A stretch of DNA of 63,723 bases, filler included, from Reclinomonas americana ATCC 50394 (Eukaryota): the NCBI GenBank assembly GCA_048213135.1. It is 15 parts of 15 records of this genome, joined end to end, with 100 filler letters (N's around TTAATTAATTAA, not from the genome) between each part and the next. Parts side by side here need not be neighbours in the genome. Positions count along the whole stretch, not along the records: positions 6,703 to 14,089 come from AFZH01018585.1; positions 14,190 to 16,733 come from AFZH01018586.1; positions 16,834 to 20,040 come from AFZH01018587.1; positions 20,141 to 32,281 come from AFZH01018588.1; 11 more parts are not named here. One strand, 5' to 3'. Shown here piece by piece: positions 13,075 to 24,900 of this stretch (positions are counted from its first letter, which is position 1; every line of letters begins with the position of its first letter). Position numbers and translations under genes: made by a program. A model generated the notes under the pieces. It saw only the letters and a list, made by a program, of their open reading frames with translations, was not told the DNA's origin and did no database searches.

Positions 13075-14746
13075 TCACGGAACTCCACGCGACAGCAGAT
13101 CGCGAGCCACCTGTTGGATGGCCTCCCTCTCCGCCACCAGCGACATGGACGAACTGATGTCGGTGTCGGTCGCAACCGCCGGCGACGCCTGCACCTGCGT
13201 GGCAAGTGTGGTGAATCGCTCGCGCTGCCACATCAGCCGCCGCCGTTGTTGCCAGCCGACGGCGCCATGCGCATCGGCGCCGGTCAAATCGTTTACAGTG
13301 AGGGCGGTCTGATTGACGGGCGTTAGCGGCTGCGATTTGGGGGTGGCGGATCGACGGCCACTCTGTGACGACGGAATACGGTCGTCCTCGGCCGCGTCGA
13401 CCCACAGCTCACCCACGGCGGGAGCGTGGTAGTGCGTGGCCGACGTGTCAAGTGGATCACTGGCCGGCAACTCAAATGCAGCGGCTTCGACGGTCACCAC
13501 TGGCGGCACACTCGGCCGTCGCTGGCGTATGGGTGGGGTGGTGGTTTGAATCGGCGGTGGTGGTGGTGGCGAGCGTGGTGACACGGCAAGGTATTTCTGC
13601 ACGCGATGAGTGAGGGAAGACGCCCTGACATAGCGGCTATGCAGAGATCATACCTCGGGAATGGCGTCACCGGTTTCGTCGCTCCTTACGGGGGGTGTGG
13701 CAGAACGCCGTGGCGGTGGAGGTGGTGCGCGGGTGGCCCTGCACGCATGCGAAAGCATGAGGCACAACGGAAACAGTTGTGGGGAAGCACCTGCACGGGA
13801 GCGCACGTCTCACAAGTGTTCTCCTGCAGAAGGCATCACCGCCACGAAGCGGCCCATGGCACCGACCAGTTGCTGGATCATATCACGCAGTTGCTGCACC
13901 TCACCGACCAGCGCGGTTGTGGCGGAGGAGGGAGCTTCGCCAGCCGCTGCGGTGGCTGTCCCAGTTCCTGCTGTTGCTGTTGTTGTGATTGGTCGCGGAG
14001 GAAGTGGACTCTGCTCGACACTGTCTGCTTGGCGAGAAAGGAGTTGGTGAAAACGTGCAGGAAACCGACGCATTCGCGTGTGCACGCAANNNNNNNNNNN
14101 NNNNNNNNNNNNNNNNNNNNNNNNNNNNNNNNNTTAATTAATTAANNNNNNNNNNNNNNNNNNNNNNNNNNNNNNNNNNNNNNNNNNNNAGCCAAGAGAA
14201 TCGCCAGCTCTTTCTCTCTCTTGCCGCGAACCTCGATCGATGCTCGTCGTTGTCGTCGTCGCCGTCGTCGTCGGTTTGAGAGACGCGATGCGTTGCGATG
14301 GTGGCCTCGGCGGAGGCAGCTGTGGCTGCGGCTGTGCGAATCGCGAGCGAGCCAGATCATCGGCCAGCAAGTGACTCGCCTCTGCACGACTGAACTGCCG
14401 ACCGGCCTCGAACGCCTCCTCCAGCGATGGCACTGCAGTGTGTCATGAGAAGGACAACTCACTGCGAGTGACACCACTGCCTGGAAAAAACGCGAACCCT
14501 TCCACTCTGGAGACCAGTGTCGCGGCTGTGGACGTACTCGACCCGATGGAGGCACCGCCAGCAGCGCGTACTGTGACCACAGTTAGGATGATCAGCAGCG
14601 GTTTCGCGCGCGAAAAATCAACGAGAAAATGTCACACCTCGTCTCTCTGTGTACGCGCGTGCAAAGTGAGAGGGCGACGAGACAGTGTACACACCGCGGA
14701 GTGGGAGGGACGCAACTCGATGGTTGGCCATGGGAACTCCATTCAT
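13075..14746 (-). CDS. Hypothetical Pro/Ser/Thr-rich protein spanning a gap
   Basis: Coding-like ORFs 13075-13602, 13810-14085 and 14190-14600 with GT-AG boundaries. No recognisable domain; start uncertain. Confidence 0.45.
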
Positions 14747-14940
14747 CACTGTGCCACCTGTGCATCGATGGTGATTCTTCTCTCTCACTGCGTCTTCATT
14801 TTCATCACACGCAACGAGTGGCAATGGTCGCTGTTTGAGTCACACGCTGTGCGCCTCCTCCTCCTCCTCCTCCTCGACCGTCCATGTGCAAGCGATCACG
14901 TGTCAATGTGGTCATTTACTCTCACGCTCTTCGTTGTTGT

Positions 14941-16725
14941 CTACCGTCGTCCCGTGAGCTGCTGAGTTCGACGTTGTTGTTCAAAGTCGCCACTGATGCG
15001 GAGACCCTCGGCCAGTGTGTACGCTGGTACGTACCCGAGGTACTGCTTCGCGCGTTCGCAACTGGGATCCTGGTGTTGGTACTGTCGACGACAACAATAT
15101 ACAATGAGCGACGGCGACGACGTCGACGAGTCAAAGTCGTCGACAACTACTGACCATGTTGCAGACGGTGGCAAAGGAGACTGGTGGCAGGCGAGGTGTG
15201 CGACCGAGCACTAGGCGACATAGTGCACCAATGCCCTCGACGACGGCGGCGGTGACGTACAACACAATCGGTGGCAAGTAAAAGGGCGCTGGCATCTTCA
15301 TGGCCTGTCGGAGCATGGTCTGCGGGCAATTATTGACATCGAGTGAGCTCTCATCCAGCCTCATGTGTGAAACTACGCCCTCCTCCCCACACAGGTACCA
15401 CAGACCGTGAAGGCGTTGACATTGGGTCTGTCGAGGTCGTCGATAAAGTAGGGACGGCCGTCGGCTTCTGAGTCAGGCAACAGATTCTCGAACGCCTTGA
15501 TGTGGCCGTGCACAAAGTTGCCGACGTAGCACGGCGCCATGGTCCTGCTATCAAGAGGGGGGGTGCACGGTGAGACGGATGGCAACAGGAGACATGAAGC
15601 ATACATAAGCACCTGGCCACTGGGAATGTGAAGAGAGGCAACTGTGATAGGGAGAGAGCTGACAGTCAGCAAGCGACGAGGAGAGAGAGCGACAGCGCAA
15701 GGACAGGGACGGAGAAGAATACACCTACACGAGAGGAGAAACACTCACAATCGTGCTTTCTCACTCTCCCTTTCTAACTGTGCAAGAGGTGCAAAGGGGG
15801 TGCGCACCGCCTTGACGGCACTGATCTCGTTGCAAAAGATGGTGTTCGGGCCGTACAGGAACGAGCATCGCAGAGCGCACGTCAGCAGACCGCCCACTCC
15901 ATTCGCCTCGAGAACGGCTCGCTCGGCCAGCGACTTGGTCCGTGAGTACGAGTCGCGGAACACGGCTGCAGGCATCGCCAGTCAACAGTGGTGGCTCTAG
16001 GCGTGCGTCCAACTCAGCAGAGCGTACCTGGGTACGGCACCTCCTCTTCAGTGCCAGCGAATGCCGGCCCGAGAATCGCATTGGTCGAGCTCGTGTACAC
16101 CAGTTGCTGCGCGTGCATCACTGTCAGAAAACCGCATCATCGCTCCCACGCACGCACACTCGAGAAGCCTTGCCTTGACGCCGGCGGCCACACACGCCTC
16201 AATCACGTTGTGCGTGCCACCGACATTGACCGCCTCCATCAGCTGCACCACCAGCAACACAAGCAAGTGAGCAGCACAGAACAAGCGACCGCAGAGCAAC
16301 GCAGCGCGCCTTGATGTTGCCGTCCGTGGGATCAATGACCTGCACCAGTGCCGTGAGCGGAATAAAAAAAACAACCACACTCGCACACAGCGCTCACACA
16401 CCGAGGCGACATGGAAGCACGTATCGACTCGCTCGTCCATCATGACTCGTTGCAGCTGCATCGCGTCCGTAATGTCGCCCTTGACCCAGCACAGACGCTG
16501 ACCTGTGGCCGCGGCTTCAGACACGCACACCTTACGCAAGGGGGAGGGGAGGAAGGAGAGATACGCGCACACACCATCGCAGGCCAGTGTGCCAGGCACT
16601 CGATCAAACAAGACAACTCGTCGTGCTCCGCGTCTCAGCAGCTCCTCCACGAGCATGCTGCCGACAACGCCTGCACCGCCTGTCACCAGGAAGGTGCACA
16701 GCTCATAGCGGTGAATGTGACCCAT
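14941..16725 (-). CDS. 3-beta-hydroxysteroid dehydrogenase / NSDHL-like extended SDR
   Basis: Motifs LVTGGAGVVG, VKGDI, FHVAS, VNVGGT, GVK|QLVYTSS, catalytic YSRTK, LYGP, YVGN, GRPYFI, LGYVP. Stop TAG ends at 14941. Confidence 0.88.
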
Positions 16726-16833
16726 CCACTGTTNNNNNNNNNNNNNNNNNNNNNNNNNNNNNNNNNNNNNNNNNNNNTTAATTAATTAANNNNNNNNNNN
16801 NNNNNNNNNNNNNNNNNNNNNNNNNNNNNNNNN

Positions 16834-19800
16834 GAATTCTTCACCGCCGGACGTGCCGCCGCCGCCGCCGCCGCCGACGTCGTCGTTGTCCCCGCGCGGC
16901 CGTAGCCACTGGAGGACACCCGACGATGGTGGTCATCAAACTCGCTTTCGAAGCCAAGCGGCGACCTGGCGGGCGATCTGGCGGGCGACCTGGCGGGTGA
17001 TTTGGCGGGTGATCGGGCAGGCGACCTGGCGGGCGACCGACCGAGGCCTGCAGCCGGCGGTGTCGGAGTAGGCGAATGAGACGACGGTGAAAGGCGCGGG
17101 TGATTTGGCGGTGACGGAAGCAGCGCGGCAAAGGCGTCCGCCACCAAAAGTCGCGAGGACGACGATGGCATGATAACTGGCGCGGTCGTGGAGGTGGCGA
17201 GCAGAACCGGCGACGGCGCGCCACGATTGCGCCTCTCATATGTCAGTCGTCGCGGCTGACTCGGCGACAGAGGTGAGGCTGTCGGTGTCTCCGGACCGCT
17301 GCTGCTGCTGTTCAGGCGAATGGAGGCGGCGGCCGCCATGCTGGCTGGCGTGGTCGACACTGGCAGCGGTGAGGCGCGGTAGCCGGGTGCTGGGTGAATG
17401 TCGCGATCCAATTTCAACGGTGGCTCCGGCTCGAGGTCGGCCATCAGCCGCGACACGTCAATGACAGGCGATTCACGCAATCGCAACACGGGAGCAATGC
17501 TGCCGCGTGTGGTGGACGACGTGGGCGACGAAGTGGCGGAGAATGCGGTTGACATGGACGACGACGGCGACGACAAGGGAGGCGGCCTCTGCTTCCCCAC
17601 CATGGCGACCTCGGTGGGCGACGGCAGCGATGCTGCAGCTGGCTGCGGTGCCGACTGCGCCACCTGCGATGGCGGTGGTGGTGGCGGCGGCACGGCCACA
17701 GGCGGGCCGTCTGGTGTGTCGCCCAGCAACGGCGGCGGCAACTGAACAACCGAAGAGACCTCCATTCGACTCGCCGCCGGCGGCATGTCAGGAGATGGCA
17801 GGTCAGGTGCCGGCGCACCGCGTGCTGCTCGCGCCTTGGCAAAGGGTGGTGAGAGCGGGAGAGCCAGAGCCACATCGCCAAGTGAAGCATTCCGTTGCCA
17901 GAGGACTGCACCACGAATCTGCACCGGCACACCATCGACGGCGTCGTCAACGCCTGCGTCACCGCCTGCAACAAATGCGTGATGGAATGCTCAGTTTGCG
18001 ACAAGCACACACACAGAGAGACGAAGGTGCGGGGGAAAATGTGAATGTTACCTGGCATACTGGCAGCAGCCGATGCGCTTGACGGTGGCGACATTACAGG
18101 AGGAGCTGCAGCTGCCGCAGCAACAACGACGTGCTGCTGCTGCTTCTGCACAGTTGCTGTGGATTTGGCGGCAATGACGCCCGGCGCGTCGAGCAGCAGC
18201 GCCGTTCCACTCGGCACGCGGCGATGCGAGCCGGCAAACACGGCACTCGGCATCATCGCCGCATTCATCTTGCCTGCACGTCGCAGCATGTCGTCTGGCG
18301 ACGGAGCAGCCACCGGCGAATACTCGCCACTCATGGAGGAGCTGTTCTGCCGCCGAGTCGGTTCACGCAAAATGGCGAGAGAACGAACACCTCCGTTGCT
18401 GGCCGCGGACACAAATGGTGATCCAGTGCCACTGACTGGTGGCGGCGTTGCGGGCACCGGCGTTGGAATGTCGCTGGCCACCTCTCGCGCCACCAGTCTC
18501 TGCATCGCACGATCGGGGCTCTGCGTCGGCGTCACCTCGCGCGAAGACGCGCGATCGGCAGTGTCCTCTTCGTCGGTTTCGTCACCGCTGCCACCAATGT
18601 CGCTGTTGGTGTCCTGCGGGGGCGAGCTCGGCACCAAGATGGCACGGCGCTGGGCTGGCAACAGCGACTGCTGGTGATGCTGTGGTGAGGGCAGAAGCAG
18701 GGACGGCAGCTTGGATTCGCTGGGAACGGTGTGCACAGGCGATCGAGCACTCTCCTCTTCGTCACTCATCACCATCGACTCGTCGAGCGAGTTGAGATCG
18801 GCCGAGTCCAGCGGCGATTCACCGTTGACCTGCGTGCATTGGTGAGTACAACGGGGCGCCGCTCGTGACAACGGCAGTGATGAATATACCGAATTCATGC
18901 GCAGCATGGCCGCATTCATCTGCAAGAGTCGGCAGCACAGTCAGGAAACAAGTGTCGCCTACCCGTACATCAAAGCACACACGAACCGACGAAAGTGCCA
19001 GGGACGACGGTGGCTCTGCTCCCGCGTGCGACACCACCATTTTCTCCAGCGGCAGTCTCAGCAAGGTTGGTAGTTGCGCGCGATTCCTGCAATACAAGAA
19101 GAGAACATGAACACTCTGGCCAGCAGCGACTCCACATGTGGGAAGGACGAAACGGTGCGACAGCAGGCTGCAGCTCGATTCTCGGCTCGTCGTGCACCCC
19201 ACCAGAGCTCGGGCGACCCTTCATCCCAAAGTGTTGCTGTCGAGACGAACACGTGAGTGAACTGATCTTCTCACCCTCGCGCGTAATCACTGTCGCGTAC
19301 CTCCACCCATCTCGAAGCCTCCAGCGACGGGTGAGTTCTGCCGTGCGCGCATGATGAGCTCCAGCAACACACATTGCAAGGGCGTGTGAGACGCAACTTG
19401 CCCAGCATAATGTCTTGCGCTCGTCGATCGATCTCGGCCTTGATGTAAGCCCGCCGTCGCCAGCGACTGCGCAACTCCATGATGCGCTGCCGCCGAATAC
19501 CCTCCAGCAACTGCACCAAAAACAAAACATGTGTACGCGTGAGCGTGGTGACAGGAGCCAGAGTACGTGCACCGCAGCGTGTGCGCACCTGCTTGACGGC
19601 CACGCGGAAAATGTCGAGCAAGCGCCCTTGTTTCTCTGTCAGCGGTTTGGCACGCTTGTAGGGCTCTGGAGGCGGCGCGGCAGCATTGGATCGGAACTCG
19701 GCATTGCTGCACCATTATCAGCGGAGGACGCACACACTGCAGGGAGCACGAATGGCTGTGTCGCACCTCATACTCCACTTGCGTGACAGCGTGTTTGCTG

Positions 19801-20014
19801 TCAGGTGCTGCGACAGCGCTGCTGCCGCCACTGTTGTCGGTGCGAATTTCGGCGGCACCATACCTGCCGGCTCCGACAGCTGCTGTGGTGACGGCTGGCT
19901 CTTGTCGGTGAGTCGAACCGCATCTGGAACCGAAACCGGCGGCATGTGACTGTGGAGGCACCATTCCACCATCACCACCATGGCCGTGACAGTCTCGTTT
20001 TCTCGCACAGACAT
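16834..20014 (-). CDS. Large low-complexity Ser/Pro-rich protein, multi-exon, 3'-partial
   Basis: Long coding-like ORFs 17444-18925 and 16834-17930, plus short upstream exons (LLDIFRVAVKQ|LLEGIRRQR). Confidence 0.5.
16965..17040 (-). repeat. Coding 12-nt tandem repeat, SPAR/SPAK x5
   Basis: Translation RSPARSPARSPAKSPARSPARSP. Confidence 0.8.
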
Positions 20015-20140
20015 CGAAACGCAACATTGACTTTTTCGCTNNNNNNNNNNNNNNNNNNNNNNNNNNNNNNNNNNNNNNNNNNNNTTAATTAATTAANNNN
20101 NNNNNNNNNNNNNNNNNNNNNNNNNNNNNNNNNNNNNNNN

Positions 20141-21176
20141 AGCGAGAACAAGCTGGGAAGTGGCTCCGATCTGCACACACACACATTCGTGATTACGAGT
20201 GGCAGCTTCCCCGCTCCTGTTCCAGCGCATCGACGCAACTCGCTGTTGGTGTCGAGCTGCAGGTGGAAGTAGGGATCGTCCTCCAGAATGAGAATATCAA
20301 ACTGCTTGGCCAGGTCAACCACGCGCTGCCGCCGCTCGCGCGACAGCGTGCCGCCAGAGGGATTGCTGCCCGTCGGCACCAAGTACAGCGCCTTCGGGAA
20401 TCGCTCGCCCGGGTACAGCTCCTCAAAGTTCGCCAAAATACGCTCCAGCTCCTCCGGCACCAGTCCATCGGCATCGGTCGGCACACCCACCAGATGTGCA
20501 TTCAGTGGTCGCAGGTAGGAGAGCGAGCCCGAGTACAGCGCTGCGCTCTCGCACACGTCAACAACAACAACAACACTCGGCGGCGAATGCGGTGGTGAGA
20601 GAGCAACGCAACGATCCTCCACCAGCAGACTGTCACGCTCATTCAGCAGCATGCTGAAGCTCATTGTCAGTGCATCCTGCGATCCCGTCGTCACACAGAT
20701 ACCAAACTCTGACACACAGTTTGAGGAGAATGTGTGCATCTTCCACCAAGAGAGAGATACACACACACCCTTGGACAGTGGTTGACCAGCGCCTCGACCG
20801 TGGAACTCGGGAATGTAGTCCTCTCGCAGCCACTTGACGAGCGGAGGGAAGCCCTCTGTGGGAAAGTACTGCAATGCATCGCGCACGTGCTCCGGAGCCA
20901 CTTCCACTTGCGTGGCACCTCCACTCGGAACACACTCCGGTTTGAGAGTGATGGTCAGACCAGCGATGGGGAAGGTCTCCGGGTTGGGAAGGCCACCGCC
21001 CAGTGACAACATGCCTGTGAGAGTAGAGTGTGTGAGTGAGAGTGTGTGACATGGCGTGTGTGTGTGCGTGTGCGTGCGAGTGTACCAGGCAGCTTGACGA
21101 GCGGCATCAGCGCGCGAATGGCTGATGGCTGGCGGCGCTTGCTGACATCGCTGAGGAACTTCTCCACGGAGATCAT
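20141..21176 (-). CDS. AADAT: PLP-dependent class I/II aminotransferase (kynurenine/2-aminoadipate aminotransferase, Aro8-like), 3'-partial
   Basis: Motifs RRQPSAIR..GMLSLGGGLPNPETFP, ALQY, TTGSQDAL, LLVEDPLYSG, LYLVPTGSNPSG, ILEDDPYFHL. Confidence 0.9.
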
Positions 21177-21949
21177 TGGATTGAGTGTGTGACCGAAAGT
21201 CCTGCATGCTCTCGTGGTAGCATCGCTGAGAAGGCACAGTGTTGACTTCATTCGCAGACCTCCGACTTTTCTTGCAGACCGAGAGCATGGATCCGCCGCG
21301 GAAGACTTCGAATTCGCGATCGACGTCGACGTCGAGCACTTTGCATCCGCTGAAACTGCTTGCAGCCTGCGACGCCTTGCAAGCTTGGTGCCTGCTCGAC
21401 CGCCCTATCATGTGAACACCTCTCTGTGTGCAATCCGCCAAGCTGCACTCTGACGACGTCGACGTCGACATCGCCTCTGGAAACCCGGGTTCCTCAGCCG
21501 CACCATGCAACTCTTTCTGTAGATCTCGTAGTTCACTTCTCTTATGCCACCTGTGGCTGCGCACACCAGCGCTGCCTGCCTGCATGCATGAATTGCGCGC
21601 GTGAAGTCGAACGGTCAGTTTTTTCAAATTCGTCGTGTGCGACGAGAGGTGTCAATACGTAGATTCAAGTGCGAGAGTGCAAGGTACGTTCGTGAAACTC
21701 CGGCCTCCCTCGTGACACGCACAACGCACACCGTTTCCCATCCGTGCGTTTCCAATCGTATCCGTGATGAGCGCACGTGACATCGCGTGAAGCCGTTGGA
21801 TGACACCACTTTCGTTCGGATTGTTTTCTTCCTTTTCTGCACGCCTGCTGCACCTGTGTGCCCACATCTGTCTGTGTGAGAGAGACTCACACACACAGAG
21901 CTTGGGAGGGCTCGGGGAATGTTCAGTGATCCATGGCTTGGCGACATTA

Positions 21950-24900
21950 ATGATCCACGATGGTCGTCGTCTGCGCAGACTCCTCTCCCATCTCACCAGC
22001 ACCAGCACCATCCTCCACCATCGCAATCGCCATCGATGCTGTCTCGTGGCAGCGACTGGAATCGGTGAGTCAGTTTTGGTTTCTCTCTCTTCATCGCCAG
22101 CTGATGAACCAGCACAGACACGCACATCGATCATCGACGCTTGGTGAACGACGCGAGGTATGTGTGTCTGTGTCTGTGCCTGTGTCGATTCATGAATCAC
22201 TCATGTGGTCTGGGGGGCCGTAGTATCCCGAGCGATCGGCAGCATCGTTGCGAGCGACCGCACCGCTGCTGTCACCGTCGTCGGTGGCGATCTCGGCACA
22301 CAGTCGGAGTCGAGCGCAGCCTGCGGAGGTGTCGGCGAGCAAGCCTCTGCGTGGATCGGCATCCTCATCATCACGCCTCTTCTTCAATGGTGGTGTTGGC
22401 GGTGGTGGTGCTACGCGCGGACTACCACCGCCGGGCTTGTCGTCGTCGATGTTGAGCAGTGGACTCGACGTGAGCTCGTCGTCGCTCATGTCACCGCCAC
22501 CATCGCCGCCGCTATCGCCGCCACCGAACGAGGAGCCGTACGGGCGGCGAAGACAGTCGATGCAGTCGGCAGACGATGGACAGCCGCCACCATTTTATGA
22601 GATGTCACCGCGACGATCGGGGTCGGGGCTTAGTGGCGACATGGAGGCGTACCTTCGGCAGTTGGAGCGAGCGCGTGATCATGCGCAGCATGAGTGTGCC
22701 GCGTTGCGCGTGCGTCTGCGGCAGCGGGATGAGCTCCTGTTGGCTACGTGTACGGCCCTGGGCCGGCTCACTGGCGACGTGGTGATTGGCGAGGATGATT
22801 TGCCACTGCGCGCCTTGTCTCCTCGACACTCTTTCCTCATCGACGAGGACGCCATTGATGTTGCGTGTGTGTGCAACTTTTCTTTTCCCTTTTGCCGTAC
22901 TCACACAGTGCTCGACCGCAACAGGACTCGCGATTTTTGTCGTGCACCGAGCTCATCACCGCGAGGACGCGGAAACTCAAGCACGTGCTTGACGCCGTTG
23001 ACACCCATCTCAGCACCAGCACCATTTTTGCTCCTGCGCCCTCCCATCCATCTCCTCCTCCTCCTCCACCACCACCACCGCCTCCTCCCCCACCTCCTCC
23101 GCCTCAGACGCTGTCCGAGTCGCAGGTGTGATTCGAGAGTGCGAGGCTCATCCGTAAGTCTGTTCTCTCACGCCTGACACGTCCACTGTCTCGCAGTCGT
23201 CATCGTCGGGGTTGCTCAGTGGTGTTGTGACTCGCGAGTATCACGACTCGATCGTCAGGCAGCTGACACTCGAGTATCGCACTCTGGAGAGTGACTTTAA
23301 CATGCTGCAAGTGCGTTCCACCCCCTCTCTCTTCTGTGCAGGCAGCTCACTTTTTCATCCCGCAGAACGAGCGCAAGCAGGTGGAGGGAGAGCACCGTGA
23401 GCTGCTTGGCAAATACAAGTTGCGTGATGCATCGCGCTTTCCGACTGGCTTTCTACCTGTAATTAAATGGCTTGCTTCTGCAGGGAACTGGAGGCCGTGT
23501 GCATGGCTGTGTCGGACCAGTTGGCGGCGACTCAGGATTTTGCCATTTCTGCCGCCACCGATGCCGTCAAGGCCTCGCGCACCACCCAAAAGCCTACTTC
23601 ACACCTGCAGTCGTCGTCGGCGTCGTCATTCTCTGCAACTGGACCCAGCAGACGCAAGTCGCAGAACGGCATGGCGAATGGTTTGAGCCCACAGAAGAGC
23701 ACCTCTGCGTCGGTGGTGTCCAGTCTGCTTTCGCAGCGCTACCGAAACCTGCGATCGCCGCTGACTGGCGTTCCCCACGGACAAGTTCTCGAGCGCATGC
23801 AGTCGCAGTTTGTCGATCGTCTTGAGCGGTCGATCGCCGAGGAGGTGGATGCACTCGGCGACGACGACGCGTCTCCACCGTCCTCGCCACCACCGCCACA
23901 GTCCGACGCACTGGAGGTCTCCAATGCCAAGGTCTCGACTCTCGAGCAGGAACTGCGTCTCCTGCACGTGCGTCTGGCCGAGGTCACTGAGCACGGCCGT
24001 CGGAAGGAGGTCGAAATCGAAAAGCAGTTGCTGTCGGAGCGGTACGAGCAGTTGCGAACGGAGCACGCAGCGGTCACCGCGCAGCTCCGTGAGGTGCAGC
24101 AAGCGGTACGTGCCTCTTTTAGCACTTCATCCAGGAGACCTTAATCAAGTGTTGCTCACCTTCCCCCTTCCCGCGTTCGCAGCTGGAGAGCACTCGGAGT
24201 CGCCTACTGTTGCGTCCATGCACTCCACGCTCTTCTAGCAAGAAACCACCTGCTCACCACCTGCGACGCGCAGACAAAGCGAGATGCATTCCACGGTTCA
24301 GCGTCTGGAGGAGGAGAATCGTCGCCTGTTGGAGGAGTTGAAGCGCAGCCGCGAGCGTCCATTCGTTCCGCCTGCCCCGCTGCGCCAGGAGCGACCGTCG
24401 CGCGATCATCTCGACACGCAGCGCAAGTACGAGTTTCGTGCTGTGACGGCCAGCGGCATCCACCCCAACATTTTTCCATGTCTTTCGATCTGACTCGTCT
24501 CACCACTGCGTACGTGCAGGGAGCTCAAGTACCGCTACATTGCAAAGAAGGAGCAAATCGTGAAGCTGCAGGATGTTCTGGCTGACCACACGCAGCGCTA
24601 CAAGACGGAGCAAGCCGAAATGAGCCGTCTTTACGAGTTGCGTTGACATGCAGTGCGCGAGGACGCACAACAGCCTTCTTACAGTGCGAGCTGCAGGCAA
24701 CTCAAGGCCAAGTACCTAGAGCAGCGCGACCTTGTGCTGCACGCACAGGAGGACCTCGATGCGGCGCTGGACGCGTTTAGTCGCGTCCGCGCAGCAGCAG
24801 GTACACATTTCGCGGAGCGAGTCAGCATGCGTTTTTCACTGCAACTCACTCGGCCGCCCCCGTACAGGAAACTCTGGCGACGTGGACATGGCACGCCTCG

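Noticed and set aside
20541..20612. Reading class 2 introns as non-GT introns starting TTGCGT after an exonic G
   Set aside because: That shift would give VEDRLY instead of the conserved VEDPLY and would lose the terminal AG. GT-AG boundaries fit.
21177..21627. 512-aa ORF as an N-terminally extended aminotransferase
   Set aside because: The conserved N-terminus (MISVEKFLS..RRQPSAIR) is in another frame and joins by splicing. The upstream ORF portion is unsupported.
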